DNA of 42,274 nucleotides from Seison nebaliae (GCA_023231475.1 JALJEE010003095.1:1-42274), one strand, 5' to 3'. Shown: positions 27,324 to 39,997, numbered from the stretch's first letter. A program made the numbers and translations. Notes: a model not told the origin generated them from the sequence alone.

Positions 27324-28806
27324 ATGGATTCGGTCGTTTTATTGAAAACACCAATAAACTTCTTACAGGATATCTGTTCTCATCTCCATACGAGTTGTAA
27401 TTATGTTTTTGATCGATATTGTCAGAAAACATCCAAATTTATTTATCGAGCAATTATTAAAGATTTAGTGGCGGTTGGAAAAGGTTATTTTTTTAATTTT
27501 AATTTTTATTCTAATTATTCTCATTGAAAAATATTTGTAGCAAGTACGAAGAAATGTGCAAAACAACAAGCGGCATTTGTTCTCATTACACAATTATTTC
27601 AAGAAAATATTATTAAGGAGACAGATGAAATATCATTGGAATTATTAGACGCTTCATGTCTAGCGGAAGAAGATAATCAAGTGTTTTATGAAGGAAATAA
27701 TTCTGATGAATTTTCAAAAAAATCATTAAATTCTGTTGTGAAATTGCATGATTTATGTCAACGATCGGCATTACCGATGCCACAATATCATTTCGATAAT
27801 TTAACGATATCGTTCGAATTAGATTCATCATCAAATGGAATGATCGATTTCGAGAAATTAATCGAAGATAAGAAAGCAAAAATTCTGACGATTAATGATA
27901 TGGCTATTTCACCTGATGTAACGATGACTAATCCATCAGACTCTTCCAATCAACAACGATTGACGACGGCTAATTTATTTCGATGTTCACTTCAATTGAT
28001 TAGTGAAGGTATTGAATTGGAGAGTTAGTTTTATTCCTTTTCTTTTCCATAATTTTTATTTGCGGCATGTAGGTTATGGGAAGTCGAAGAAAATTGCTAA
28101 ACGAAAAGTTGCTTATAAATTATTAAAAATGATCGATCACGTTGAAAAAAATGAAGATAAATCGAATAATGAGAAGAAGGATGAAAAGAATTCAACAGAA
28201 AAAACGAAACATTCCCTCAATAATGTGACAAGTGTGAATCGGTGGGTACAACAACTTGAATCATGTCCATTATTACAACAACTTTTACAAATGAAATTAG
28301 TTTGTGATTCAATTGGAATTGATGAATCGTTAAGAACATATCGTCAAGTGAAAGATAAAGTTATCAATAATTTTGTTGAGAAATTTTTAGAAGAGAAAAA
28401 GATTTCTTTGTATTATTATCCGTCATCGAATGATCCTGCAAATATTGCACTTTTCGCTCAATTAGATACCATTCCACCAATGGTCTTCGATGCTTGTGAT
28501 ACGAATATTGAAAATTGTTATCAACTAATCAAACGGAGAATGTTACATCATATTCAAATGTTACTCTTACCAAAATGGACGACAATAACACAATGGGATA
28601 TCAAAAATACGATAACGGATCTATTGAAAACGGTTGTGACGAATAGTCAGGGAAAGATCGACGAAAATAACATACATAAATTATTGTCCAATTATCAATC
28701 GGTACAGGATAAAACAACAACAATGGTAAAGTATAAGTGGAAACGACATAGTAATAAACCGTTTTATTCTGTATCTCATCGACATCACAAGAAAAGGAAA
28801 TTTTGA
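27324..28806 (+). CDS. dsRNA-binding-domain protein, TRBP/PACT/Loquacious-like; introns 27484-27540, 28024-28072
   Basis: dsRBD1 KTPINFLQD...G.ASTKK.AKQQAA; dsRBD2 V.KL..LC......P.Y...GKSKK.AKR.VA..LL; degenerate third dsRBD (QL.T.P..VF). Confidence 0.8.
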
Positions 28807-28928
28807 AGAGATTGATTTGTAAACATTTTATTATGACAACATTTTTACACTGGAAATAAAATTTTCTATTTCTTATCCAACTGTTAATGAGGATATTTAT
28901 CATATGATAAATGATGAAAGAAAAGTAA

Positions 28929-29228
28929 CTAACAAGAATTTTGTTCTCCTAATTCAGTATATTCTTTTGCTTTGTTCAACAATGATTGTTTCGTCTCATC
29001 TAAACTTTCACCAATGGCTGGAACTATTTTCGTCAAATCCTTTTGTAAATGATGATATTCATTCAACATCTCCATCGATGAAATTGCTAAACCCAATTTT
29101 CCTGGTTTGACATTGTGACTCAACATTCCCAATAAACTAGGACTTCCTGTTCGAGCATCTGAAAGATTTGAAAGAAATTGATTTTGATATTGAGTTGATT
29201 CAAATTTCAATTTTAAATTAACTTCCAT
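28929..29228 (-). CDS. Hypothetical 99-aa protein
   Basis: ATG-started ORF with protein-like composition in an intergenic gap; no motif recognised. Confidence 0.3.
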   Translation of the reverse strand: MEVNLKLKFESTQYQNQFLSNLSDARTGSPSLLGMLSHNVKPGKLGLAISSMEMLNEYHHLQKDLTKIVPAIGESLDETKQSLLNKAKEYTELGEQNSC

Positions 29229-29690
29229 ATGTCAAACAAGATAAAATTAGAATTAGGTAACTGATTGATAATTTCATATTGTAGAGAAGGAAATGAATAA
29301 ATGTCTGTGAATTTCTAATTTGAGTTACCGACAATTCCTTACTTATACATTTTTATCATCATCTGATAGACTAGAAATTATGAGAAAATATTCAAATGGT
29401 TTTTATGTGGGAAGTTGAATCATTATCTATTACTTTATTGATACCATGAGGTAATGTTTATTTTGTAATTTTTTCAAAAGACAGAACAACTCAAGAAATA
29501 GTTTTATAAAGTGAATAAACATTCAGAATTTGTAGAAAATTATAAAATATGCTCTATGAAACGGAAACAGAGAAGAAGGAAAAATAAATATAAATTTTCA
29601 GTTTTATCCAACAGAAAACGTTAATAGAATAAAAATATTAAAATTAATGAATATTGTCAATCGATAATTGTTGTGTTTCTTCATCTTTAT

Positions 29691-32214
29691 CTATTTGACA
29701 ATTGTTTCCCTTTTTTTTGGGCGTTTGTTAATTTTAATGTTGTTTAAGTTCATAAAATTCATTAAAATTTCTTGGAAGGACAACTACAATATCTCCCGAA
29801 AAAACGACCCAACACTATGAACAGAGTTTCAACGAATTGGATAATTGTTATGAAACTCATTCCGGCACACAAACCAGTGAAACCACCAACTAATCCTAGA
29901 AATGAGTTTTTGAATTTCACTTCAAGAAAAGTTTTGATTAACCCAAAAAATCGATTATTGAATATTTGGGTGTTTGAATTGATACCACTGCAGCTAATTC
30001 ATCATAGTAAATTCGAACGCCGATTATATTACTCCTAATAAAAGAGAATATAAAAACAAAAGAGTAAATGAAAATTTGATAAACTTCCAATTATTTTCTG
30101 TCAAACAATAATAACTTGATATATTGTCCGGTGATGCAGAATAAGTTCCAGAATCGAGTGGTATATTATTAGTAATAGCACAATCCAATTCCTTAATTTT
30201 TATATGAGAAGAAATTAATGCATTTGAAATTGGTTCACTGGTAATTTTTGGGGAATAGTCTTTAAAATGACAGGCTGGTGTGGAACAATCCTTACAAGGT
30301 TTTGATGGAATTCGACCTTCTTTTGTTCCAAATAGACATCTCAAGTCGTTAAATGAAGCACAAGCTTTCGTGAAGTAATCGTTATCAGTGACGATTCTCG
30401 GATCATCATAAGCTAAACAGCCACAATTCTGTTCAATGTTTGTAAATAGACAATCCATGTTACATCCAAAAGTTGTAAATTTATCGAATAAATCGAGTTC
30501 AATTAATTTGTCACAATTCCCACCAACTTCCTTATCTAATAATGTTGTCTAATAGAAGAAGTTGACAGAAGCGAAAGAATATGACAGGAAAACCGTTAAA
30601 TTCTGTATCTCCACATCGGACATCATTCCTGGTTCTAATGACAATCCTCGAAAGTTGATTGCTGGTGGTTCATCTTCGTGATGTATAATTAAATCGATTC
30701 CATTTAAACTCTTTCCCATTATTACTTGATCAAATTGATTATATGTTTCCGAATTGATTAACATCGTTATGCCACCACCTGTTTGACGGAAAAGAAAGTG
30801 CATAATAATTTTCTATATTTTATTTTAACTTTTATTTGGAATACTTTGTTTAAAATTTTTGTTTAACTGATAACAAACTCCGTTAGCAGTAAAGATTTTA
30901 TCGAAATCCTACTAACGTTAAAAATTGATTAAGGTCAATGTAAATTCTAACGTCAATCGTACAAGTTTCACTACCAATTTGACAACTAATTAGATTGTTG
31001 TCTAATGTCCATGCATTATGCGCGAGAACACTTTTCAAATTGATTTGACTTACTAAATGAAAGAAAACTGAAAATATGAACAATTCTCAATTGACTAACG
31101 ATATCCAGATAGAACTCTCTTCTCCATATAAAAGAATGCTTGATATAAGAAGATTGCGAATAGAAATTTCCTTGATTCCTTCAAAGTCTCAAAAGTTACT
31201 ACCTAAATGAAAGTGAAGTGATTTTAAATTCTAAGTGATCTACTAACAACATCTTCTGCATATCTAATATAAAACAATGCGGTTGTCATTCCCGTAAAAT
31301 CCATTCTTCCCGTCATTTCTACGATCTGTTCATAAGAAACCTGAACTAACGGAAACCATTTATGATACCATATCATCTCCATGCACAAGTCCGCCTAATT
31401 CAAATTTAAAATAAATTGATCCAGTCTGAAATAATAAGTTACTAATAACCTTTGCAAATAATATCATATTCTCTGCTGTCATATTCGCCATCACTGCCAC
31501 ATCATTCTGTTTATAAAATTTAAAATACCACACGAGCGTCATACCATCCACTATAGTTTCCACACAAGAAGACATGGTAGTTACTAATAATATTCCTTGG
31601 ACACTTTCTTCTTCATTAAAACGTATTTTCAGTTGAAATTATAATTCTTTTTAAAAATGCATAAAAATTTAACTAATCTTGACTCTTAATATATGAAAGC
31701 ATATATTCACTTCCTTCGTCTAATTTATCATAATATTCTGTCTTTGTAAATTTATTGAAACTATCCATATGTTCCAAAACACTTAGCACGGGTAGTTGTT
31801 GTGAAATTTTATCTTTTCTTAAACTGTCGATAACGGAGGAAAGTTTAAAATAATCATAAATTAAAAGATTTCAAGCGAATAAACCTTTGAGTGGAACATA
31901 ATGTAATAACGGGTAAACTTAATTCTGTAGAGAAAGTCTTCTCCGTTACTGTCGTCGTTAATTTTTGATTGAAGTAAGCGTCGGCATAAATATAAGTGAA
32001 ATAAGATGCACCAGCGAACGCTAAAAAATCGATAAGAAAATGATGAGGTTGAAGACGAACCTATACACATCAAGATAATCCAAAACACTTTCCGCAAAAT
32101 AGATTTTGAATCTAGCGCGAAATCTATAATATTCAATTAAAGATTAAAATAAAATTTGTGAGAGATAAATTAACCTGTCCCGTCAACATTCAATTTAATA
32201 TCAATCTTATACAT
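29691..32214 (-). CDS. DEG/ENaC (ASIC-like) channel subunit A, about 12 exons
   Basis: TM1 RKVFWIILMCI; T.NG.CY; G....IH....P; Cys-rich CGC...C...C...PAC; TM2 FLGLVGGFTGLCAGMSFITI. Some internal exon borders are approximate. Confidence 0.88.
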
Positions 32215-33209
32215 CAGTAATATCAATTGGTAATTATTTGTGTTTAAGCTGAGAGAAACTTGCCCAATTTATACTAAAATTAGAAATATTTATTTCGTGA
32301 CTTCCAAATTCTACGTGAAGTAGAGAACTTTTAAATTAATGGAACGAAAATAAACAATTTTTTGAGAAAAAGATGTTATGAAAATTAACTTCATCTAACA
32401 AGGGAACTTTGACTGCGAAGACTGACAACAAAAAAAACTAAAAGTGGAATTATTTACAGCATTATGTTACAAAACATATTAACGATTCAGATTATGCGTG
32501 TGATGCATAATAAGTGCACAATTTAATTAAGAGCTTTTAGGGTTAGCTAACCATTAAATGCATATTTGGGATATATGTATATGTTTTAAATTTTCTTTTG
32601 AATTCTAATGATCGAACTTCCCTTGTAAGAGAACAAATATGACATAGAAGAATTTATTTCGTGCGTATCAATTGTAATTTCGAAAAATTCTCCAGTTATT
32701 GACCAGTTACAGCAAATTTGATGGAAAATATTGGAAGTTCCACAGAATACACTTTGCTTCACTCTTAAGATTTGCATTATTTCTCACACTGATAACGTCA
32801 AAATTTTATTTATTTATTTATTATCTTTTATATATAATTATATAAGTTTTCTGTAGAAATGTTGACAATTTCGATGGTTGACAAACAAAATAAACAACTT
32901 CTTATTTTTATTCGATGTAATGGTCCAAAATGAACCCAAATGGATATTATTATCATTGGCGAAGAACGGTTAACGGTTCAATTTTGACAGTAATTCGATT
33001 ATTAGCAAGAAATTTTAAATTGAGAATTACACCTTTCGAATTTTCAAAGAACAATTTTTTTGAAACAGTTCATGGAATTAATTAGAGTTTTATTTTTTGA
33101 ATAATTCTTCATATTTCTTAAATGAAACGGTTTAATAAATAATCGATTATTTTTATTTTCCTCTTATCATTTCTTCATCTTCGTTTGATATTTAGTAATT
33201 GAAATTTCC

Positions 33210-33537
33210 TTAGAAACCACCTTCTTCTTGAAGAATGGGCCAGATACCTGGAAATTGAAAGAAAAAAGTTAAGTCGGTTAAGGAAATGATGTGAACCGTA
33301 AAGAAAATATAATAAAGTCCCGATATTGGTCGCCATAATAAAGAATAACATCACAAAACAAGTGATAGGAACACTAGAAAAAAGAATTAATAATTAAGTG
33401 AATGGAATAATTATCTTTAACTGTCGATAAGGTCCACGGAAATTGAATCCACAACAACCATTACGACAGGACAGACAATTCGTTGGAACGTTGTCGTCGT
33501 ACAATTTCTTCGCTTGATTATATCCGTAATCACTCAT
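33210..33537 (-). CDS. Small (76-aa) single-pass membrane protein, 3 exons; introns 33374-33421, 33248-33296
   Basis: Spliced MSDYGYNQAKKLYDDNVPTNCLSCRNGCCGFNFRGPYRHVPITCFVMLFFIMATNIGTLLYFLYGIWPILQEEGGF*. Both introns (48 and 49 nt) are GTT...AG with pyrimidine tracts and keep the frame. Confidence 0.72.
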
Positions 33538-33976
33538 GCCGTTGTGAAAAATTTGATATGTGTTAATAATAAAGTTCTTGAACAATCAAACTTCTTTGAA
33601 TATGAGAAACATTCTTTTGTACTGAAATTTCATTTGATTCTCCTAATTAATTTTGAATTTATGTCAATCTCTTTTTAATTATCAGCATCTCATTAATTCC
33701 TGTTCATGATTAAAATCACATCGTTTCTTAATTAATTTCTCATGGAATCCTTCTGAAAAATTCTTCTTTTATTTTTTTATTTTTTTAATATGATGGAAGG
33801 AAATCATTCATGATTAAATGGGAAAATATTCGTAAAAATTAAAATTCTCTTTTAAAATAACAAATAAATAAAAATTATTAATGGATTGAATGAATCGTGC
33901 ATATTAATATAATTTGAAATGAAACAGAATAAAAATCGAAGAATTTCTCATTAATAATCGTAAGTTCCATTAAAAA

Positions 33977-36583
33977 ATGACTTTTCAGGATTTTGCTTCG
34001 AAAACATCAATTCATGGATTATCATGGATATCAACATCGTCGAATAAAAAAATGAAAATTTACTGGCTCATCATCTTACTGGGTATGATTGGATTCCTCA
34101 TATATAATATTTTTGAGAATGTTCAACTTTATCTCTCCCATCCAACTGATACTGAAATTCTACAAATACGGGAACCTGTCCAATTTCCACAAGTCGCTTT
34201 GTGTCCTGATAGTCCGTTAAAATTTCTGTTCTATTAAATAGAATTTGAATTATTTTTAAGAATTCAATATTTTCACAATGTTACTGAGAATAATTTAGAG
34301 ATTTATCGCGAATATTTCTATTTTTATCATAATGTGATTGTCGAGTTGGAGGAAGTGTGTGATGAAGAGAAAACGAAAAACTTCGTTATAGGAGAAAACT
34401 TCAGTTGTGTTCATCGTGACTTAGATTTAGATCCTAGTTCATCCCTTGCAGTAACACCGTTGAAAAGGTATCAAAAGTTATATGATCAATTGAAACAGAA
34501 AATTAACTCAATAATTTCTAATTATATGAACAAATTCGGAAAAGACTTTCTCGAATTTTCATTCATCATCTTGTCGTTAGCTGAAATTGAGAAAGGAAAA
34601 GTAAAAGAAAACTCTTATTGTACCTTATATATGAAATATTCGACGTATGAAGAAATAGTAAAGGATGGAATGGAGAATGAAATGCCTTCCGAATATTTAG
34701 CAGTCGATGAAATAATTCGGTCGTTCGGATTGGAATGCGATTATTCTTTTGTTATTATGGTCAATAGATATCCAAGTTCAATTTATTATTCCCCTGAATC
34801 ATTCTTATTTTAGTTGGTTTATGAAATAGATTTCTTTAAAAATGAATCAGTTCTTTTATGTAAAAAAAAGATGTTTTTGACGAAATGTATTTATCTTCTA
34901 TTCTTCTCCGAAGTACTCGAAACTTTTCGTCACGATTATAGTCAAGAAATTTATTATAAAAAAGGAAACACTTTGAAAGAAGAATCGTTTGAAGAAACAT
35001 GGAACCGATTTCGTCAAATAGAAAATTTGTTAGAGAAATTTGCATATATCAAACAACAAATTATGAAGGAGAACTTCTCACCAATTCCCACGTTCACCGT
35101 ATTGAAAATGATCTATATTAATTTAAGACGGATAACCTTTCTCAAATATAAGAAAGAAGATATTATCAGAAAAATTCAATCAAGTTAATAATGTTCTTAT
35201 GATTTCAATTGACGATTTTCAATTAATGTAGCAAAATTTAATTTACAAGAATATTTTGAACATTACCAAAAATATTCATTGGATCATATAGTAAATTGTG
35301 TATATCGAGGGAGACGTTGTAAGCCCGATGTTTCTTTCATTACTTCTTCTCTTAACCTAATAATATTCTAGGAATTATCTGTAAAATTGTCAGAAAAAGG
35401 ACCATGCATCATATTTTCAGCCAAAGATGATTGGAGTTATAAAAATTCCTTAGAAGTTTTGAAAAATGTTCTAATAACTAATTCTTCAAATTGTTCCTTA
35501 TAACAGATATTAATTGATATGCGGTCACCGTTTGTCTTGGCCAGTACATCCATACATGGTGATGATAACACTGGTGCGTTGACATTGAAAATCTCACCAA
35601 AAAATGATAGTATCATTTTTTCCCCATTGGAATTACAATTACCTGAAGCTTATTCAACTACCGTATTATTGAAAGGGAAACAAGTTATTAAGCCGATTTC
35701 GAAATATATCCATTATTATTTTCCATCCAGATGGTATTGGAATCGAAAAACAATAAAAAATGTGAACGATCAGAAACTGCGGATAATTTGTATAAATGTT
35801 ACGAGAAATGTTTAGTGAAATATATCGATGAAAAATGTCATTGTTACCCGTTTTTCGGTTCATTCATTGTAGAAACGTCAACAGGGAAAGTCTAATTTTC
35901 AATTTTCGTTTCAGAAAAAAAAGAACCAACATGTACTTTACCAGAAGAAATCAATTGTTATTACGCAATTCACAGTTAAAACTTCAATTTCAATTTCTTT
36001 TAAATTTAATCGTGCACAGAATCGTTTGATGTCAACCAACATTGTAAATCCTGTAAAATGAAATGTACACATTTCTATTATAGAACATCGTTACAGAATT
36101 CTCAATTACTTCTAACCAGTCAAGACAAACAATTATTGAATAAACGAAGATATAAATGTAAAGAGATCAAAAAGAATATTACAAATACAAGATGTTCCAC
36201 TGATCCGACTGACATGTTCATTTTGTTACAAACATGAATTACCTCTCCTATCTTTTCCACTTACAGTAAATCACTTGCAAGAATAAACATCAAATTTAAG
36301 AATCCTTTCTATCTCAAACTTTTCCATCATACCATCGTCGACATTTATACAACCTTCAGTTTAGTAAATTGAAATAATGAAAGGAAATAATTATGATTTT
36401 TAGGTAACGTCGGTTAGTTAATTATGAAAATAATTCAAATAAGTATCAAAAATTCTAGGTGGCACCATGGGTTTATGTATTGGAATGAGTCTAATTAGTT
36501 TGGTTGAAGTGATGGATTATTCAATAACGTATATGTTGATGTGGTTACAGAGAAAGAAAAAACTGATTAATGTATTCAAATAA
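33977..36583 (+). CDS. DEG/ENaC (ASIC-like) channel subunit B, at least 10 introns including a 9-nt microexon
   Basis: F...TSIHG pre-TM1 motif, TM1 IYWLIILLG, FP.V.LC, C.YRG..C, GPC..F, and TM2 FSNVGGTMGLCIGMSLISLVE; stop at 36581-36583. Some central exon borders are uncertain. Confidence 0.88.
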
Positions 36584-36784
36584 ATGAACTGGTGATGCAA
36601 TATTACCCAACCATTGACATGAATGATAGTTACGCGGAAGCTTATGATTGATTTGAGAGTAGAACATGAGAATTTTTTATGACTTCGTTAAATTGCCTTT
36701 AAAAAATAAAGTAATTTTAAATCGTTTCTGTTCAATTTCTAATGCTTCGTTTCTGTTAATTCACTTTAATTTCACCTTTCCTTT

Positions 36785-37538
36785 ATGAGCCGAAGAGATT
36801 ACGATGATATTGATGGTACTCGCCTTACACAATCAGTAAAAAAACAGCAGTCACTTCCAGGGAAACTGAGAAAGAAACCTTGTAAAGCATGCACGAACTT
36901 TAAAGATTGGGCAACCAAACGTGGCATCAACATTGGAAGTGCGGATGATAGTCTATCTGTTAATTTATTTAAAATTTCCTTTCTTGCCCTCCAAACATCT
37001 AATTTTCTTTCACACTATTATGATTTTTATTCAATTATTTTAATACCATAAATTATGATAATTACAATTCACACCTTCCAAATTCTCAACGACCGATATG
37101 TTAAATTAACTAATTTCTCATTTTGCATTTGAAGATGTCAACAAACAAATGCCCGCTAGCAAGAGATCAGCTTGGAAGGAACACATGGTCGCTTCTTCAT
37201 ACGATGGCTGCTTATTATCCGAAAGAACCGTCAATTCAACACCAGAATGAAATGAAACAATTTATAAAAACTTTCTCTACTTTCTATCCGTGCGAACATT
37301 GTGCAATTGATTTTCGTGAAGAGTTTCCTCATTTTTTTTTGTATGTAATCCATTTCCTAATATAACTTTATATAGTATTAAACAATTCCCTCCAAAAGTG
37401 AAAACGCGAGAACAATTAAATAAATGGTTTTGTGATCGCCATAACACAGTTAATCGAAAATTGGGTTTAGACGAATTCGATTGTTCGAAAGTGATGGAAC
37501 GATGGAAGTATGGACCGAAGGATGGAAGTTGTGATTAG
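36785..37538 (+). CDS. GFER: FAD-linked sulfhydryl oxidase ERV1/ALR; introns 36959-37134, 37323-37375
   Basis: KPCKAC shuttle motif, CP.....[23 protein letters not shown] (CxxC), W.C..HN.VN.KLG...FDC...RW..G..DGSCD. Confidence 0.96.
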
Positions 37539-37663
37539 AGTAAAAAATCGACAAAATATTTTTTCATTTTCTTCCCATAAAACCATTACCGTTTCCACTT
37601 TTCATCATTCCTTTATATTCCTCACTGAAATAGTTTAGTAGAAAAAGAATAATATTTTCTTAT

Positions 37664-38291
37664 TTAATTTTCTTGTCTACTTTCTTTTAAGATTGATCGA
37701 TTCTTTTTATATAAAATTCTTTGAAATGCCTTTTCTTTTCGCATTCGATTTCTCTTTTCTTCAATTTGCACGTTCTCCTCCGCTTTCATTTTTTTATACT
37801 TCTCTTGATTTTCGATCTGCAATTATAATTTGTAATTTGAAAATGGAACAAATGAAGAGATAATAAAGAGGAAAAAGAAAACTTTAATTATTGTTTCTCG
37901 AATTTTTTGAAGACAGTCAGCAAGATTCAAAGTTTGATATCTTGTTCGGTTGCTATTAATAATAAATTCGTTTAAACGATTTATTTTCGACGGTTCATAT
38001 TTTTTCAGTAGTTCTTTCGTCTCCGAATTTAGCCATGAAATATTGTCGATATTAAACTTGATTTGAACTTTGGTATTTACTAAAAATAATTTACACTCAA
38101 AATTTTCACAATTCTGTTTATTGAGAATAACCTTTGTTGATATTCTGTCCTCCAGGACCACTTCCTTTGAGATATTTAATTTGAAGTTCCTTCATGTTTA
38201 TATCTCCGGTAAACGTCGAAGATTTCATGACAGAACATTGTCGAAAGGATTGTCTAGTCGACGGAATTAAGGAAGAGAGGTTGAAGGACAT
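37664..38291 (-). CDS. ICT1: Mitochondrial peptidyl-tRNA hydrolase ICT1 (mL62); introns 38080-38131, 37817-37882
   Basis: SGPGGQNINK/VNTKV, S.RTR.Q..NLADCLQKIR and a basic C-terminal tail. Confidence 0.93.
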
Positions 38292-38640
38292 AATTTGTGA
38301 AGATAAAAATTTGAATTTGAAAAATTTTTCCTCATTTATATTCCAAGAAATTATTTGCAATTATTTCCATGTGGTCATGTTTTTCGTAGTTTTTTCCCAA
38401 GACGATTATTAAAGGTTCGATTGCTAATGGTCAAATATGATGTATATGAAAGAAAGAAAGGAATGAAAAATCTTTTGATAAATTCCATCATAGTCGTATG
38501 TTGATTAGGAGAACATTGAAGAGAAAATATTAAAAGGGAAGAATTCCATTTATCATAAAACAAGATTATTATTTCTCAGTGTGAGTATCATTCGTATTGT
38601 ATTTCCAATCAATTCCCATTGACATACAATTAATACAAGA

Positions 38641-39906
38641 ATGAATGAGAAATTGGAGAATGAGAGATATGATAGACATATGCGATTAATTGGCGAACAT
38701 GGTCAGAAACAATTAGCACAATCAAATATTTTAATTTATGGATGTGATGGAATTGATATCGGGAAATTATTATGTTTATATGGAGTCAGTTCAATTCACC
38801 TAATCGATGATCGAATTGTAACCGAAGAGATGATTGATCTCCAATATTTTCTAAAGAAGAATGATTTGGATAAATCGATGAGTGAATCAATGATAAATAA
38901 TATGAGAACATTAAATTCGAATGTCTCACTATATTCATATCAAACGATGGATGAAATAGAAGTTGTGAATGATATTGATCTCATTATTATATTTAATTAT
39001 GATGAGAATAAATGTAAATTAATTAATGGTGTTCCAATCTTGTCAGTTCATAGTAATAATTGGGAGGCAATATATCATCCGACCTTCCTGAACCATTATG
39101 TGATTGAAGGATGTGAGGAGAGGAATTTACGTCCTAGACTTTATTTCGATCATATACTATCTCCAATTGAAGAATGGTTGGAAAAAGATGAGATTAATGA
39201 GAATTCTCCATTTCCATTAATTATCTTCAAGGCACTCCAGATTTATAGAAGTCAGAATGGTACAACATCATTTCCATCAGATGGAAAAGAGAAAAAGGAA
39301 ATTATGGAAATTATTGAACAGATGGAAAATGATTTGAAAATGAAAGTACCAAATAATGAATTGTTGAATCTAAAAGAAGCATTATCTCATGTCAACAGTT
39401 TATCGAAGACACCAACTGTAGAACTATTACCGGAAGCGATTGAAAATGATAATTCACTTTTCAATAAATCGATTTATGTTATTCGTTTATTTAGTGAGAA
39501 GGAGAATGAGAATGTACTACCTTTTAATGGTGTCATTCCTGATATGGAGACAAGTTCGATGAATTATCATAAAATTTATTCAATGTATCATCAATTACAC
39601 AAAAGTCATATAAAAGAAATTAGGAGGTTTTGGAATAAAGTTTATAAAGAAGACGATTTCCCCGAAATCATCATTGAGAAAATGTGTAAGTTCAGTGAGC
39701 ATATCCATCGAATATCTTCCACTTCGACGACTATAGACGAAAGTTGGTTGAAGAAGTTCGTCGGGAAACAATCACATCCATATGTTAATACAGCCATCGG
39801 ATCAATTGTTGCTCAAGAAGTTATTAAATTGTTGACACATCAACTTGTTCCGATTTCTTCAACAATCTATTACAACGGTCTCTCACACGAAATCATTCGC
39901 ATCTAA
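38641..39906 (+). CDS. NAE1: NEDD8-activating enzyme E1 regulatory subunit (APPBP1/ULA1), divergent
   Basis: RYDR..RL.G..GQ..L, LP..G.IPDM...S..Y and G..VAQEVIKL.THQ.VP.....YNG motifs; uninterrupted ORF. Confidence 0.88.
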   Translation: MNEKLENERYDRHMRLIGEHGQKQLAQSNILIYGCDGIDIGKLLCLYGVSSIHLIDDRIVTEEMIDLQYFLKKNDLDKSMSESMINNMRTLNSNVSLYSYQTMDEIEVVNDIDLIIIFNYDENKCKLINGVPILSVHSNNWEAIYHPTFLNHYVIEGCEERNLRPRLYFDHILSPIEEWLEKDEINENSPFPLIIFKALQIYRSQNGTTSFPSDGKEKKEIMEIIEQMENDLKMKVPNNELLNLKEALSHVNSLSKTPTVELLPEAIENDNSLFNKSIYVIRLFSEKENENVLPFNGVIPDMETSSMNYHKIYSMYHQLHKSHIKEIRRFWNKVYKEDDFPEIIIEKMCKFSEHIHRISSTSTTIDESWLKKFVGKQSHPYVNTAIGSIVAQEVIKLLTHQLVPISSTIYYNGLSHEIIRI

Positions 39907-39966
39907 CACCGTTTAATTTCCATCTCAAATACAATTTATATTTACAGTTCCATTATTTACAATTTT

Positions 39967-39972
<6 letters not shown>

Positions 39973-39997
<25 letters not shown>
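39973..39997. repeat. (CT)n microsatellite
   Basis: About 12 CT units between the convergent NAE1 and CAP genes. Confidence 0.9.
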
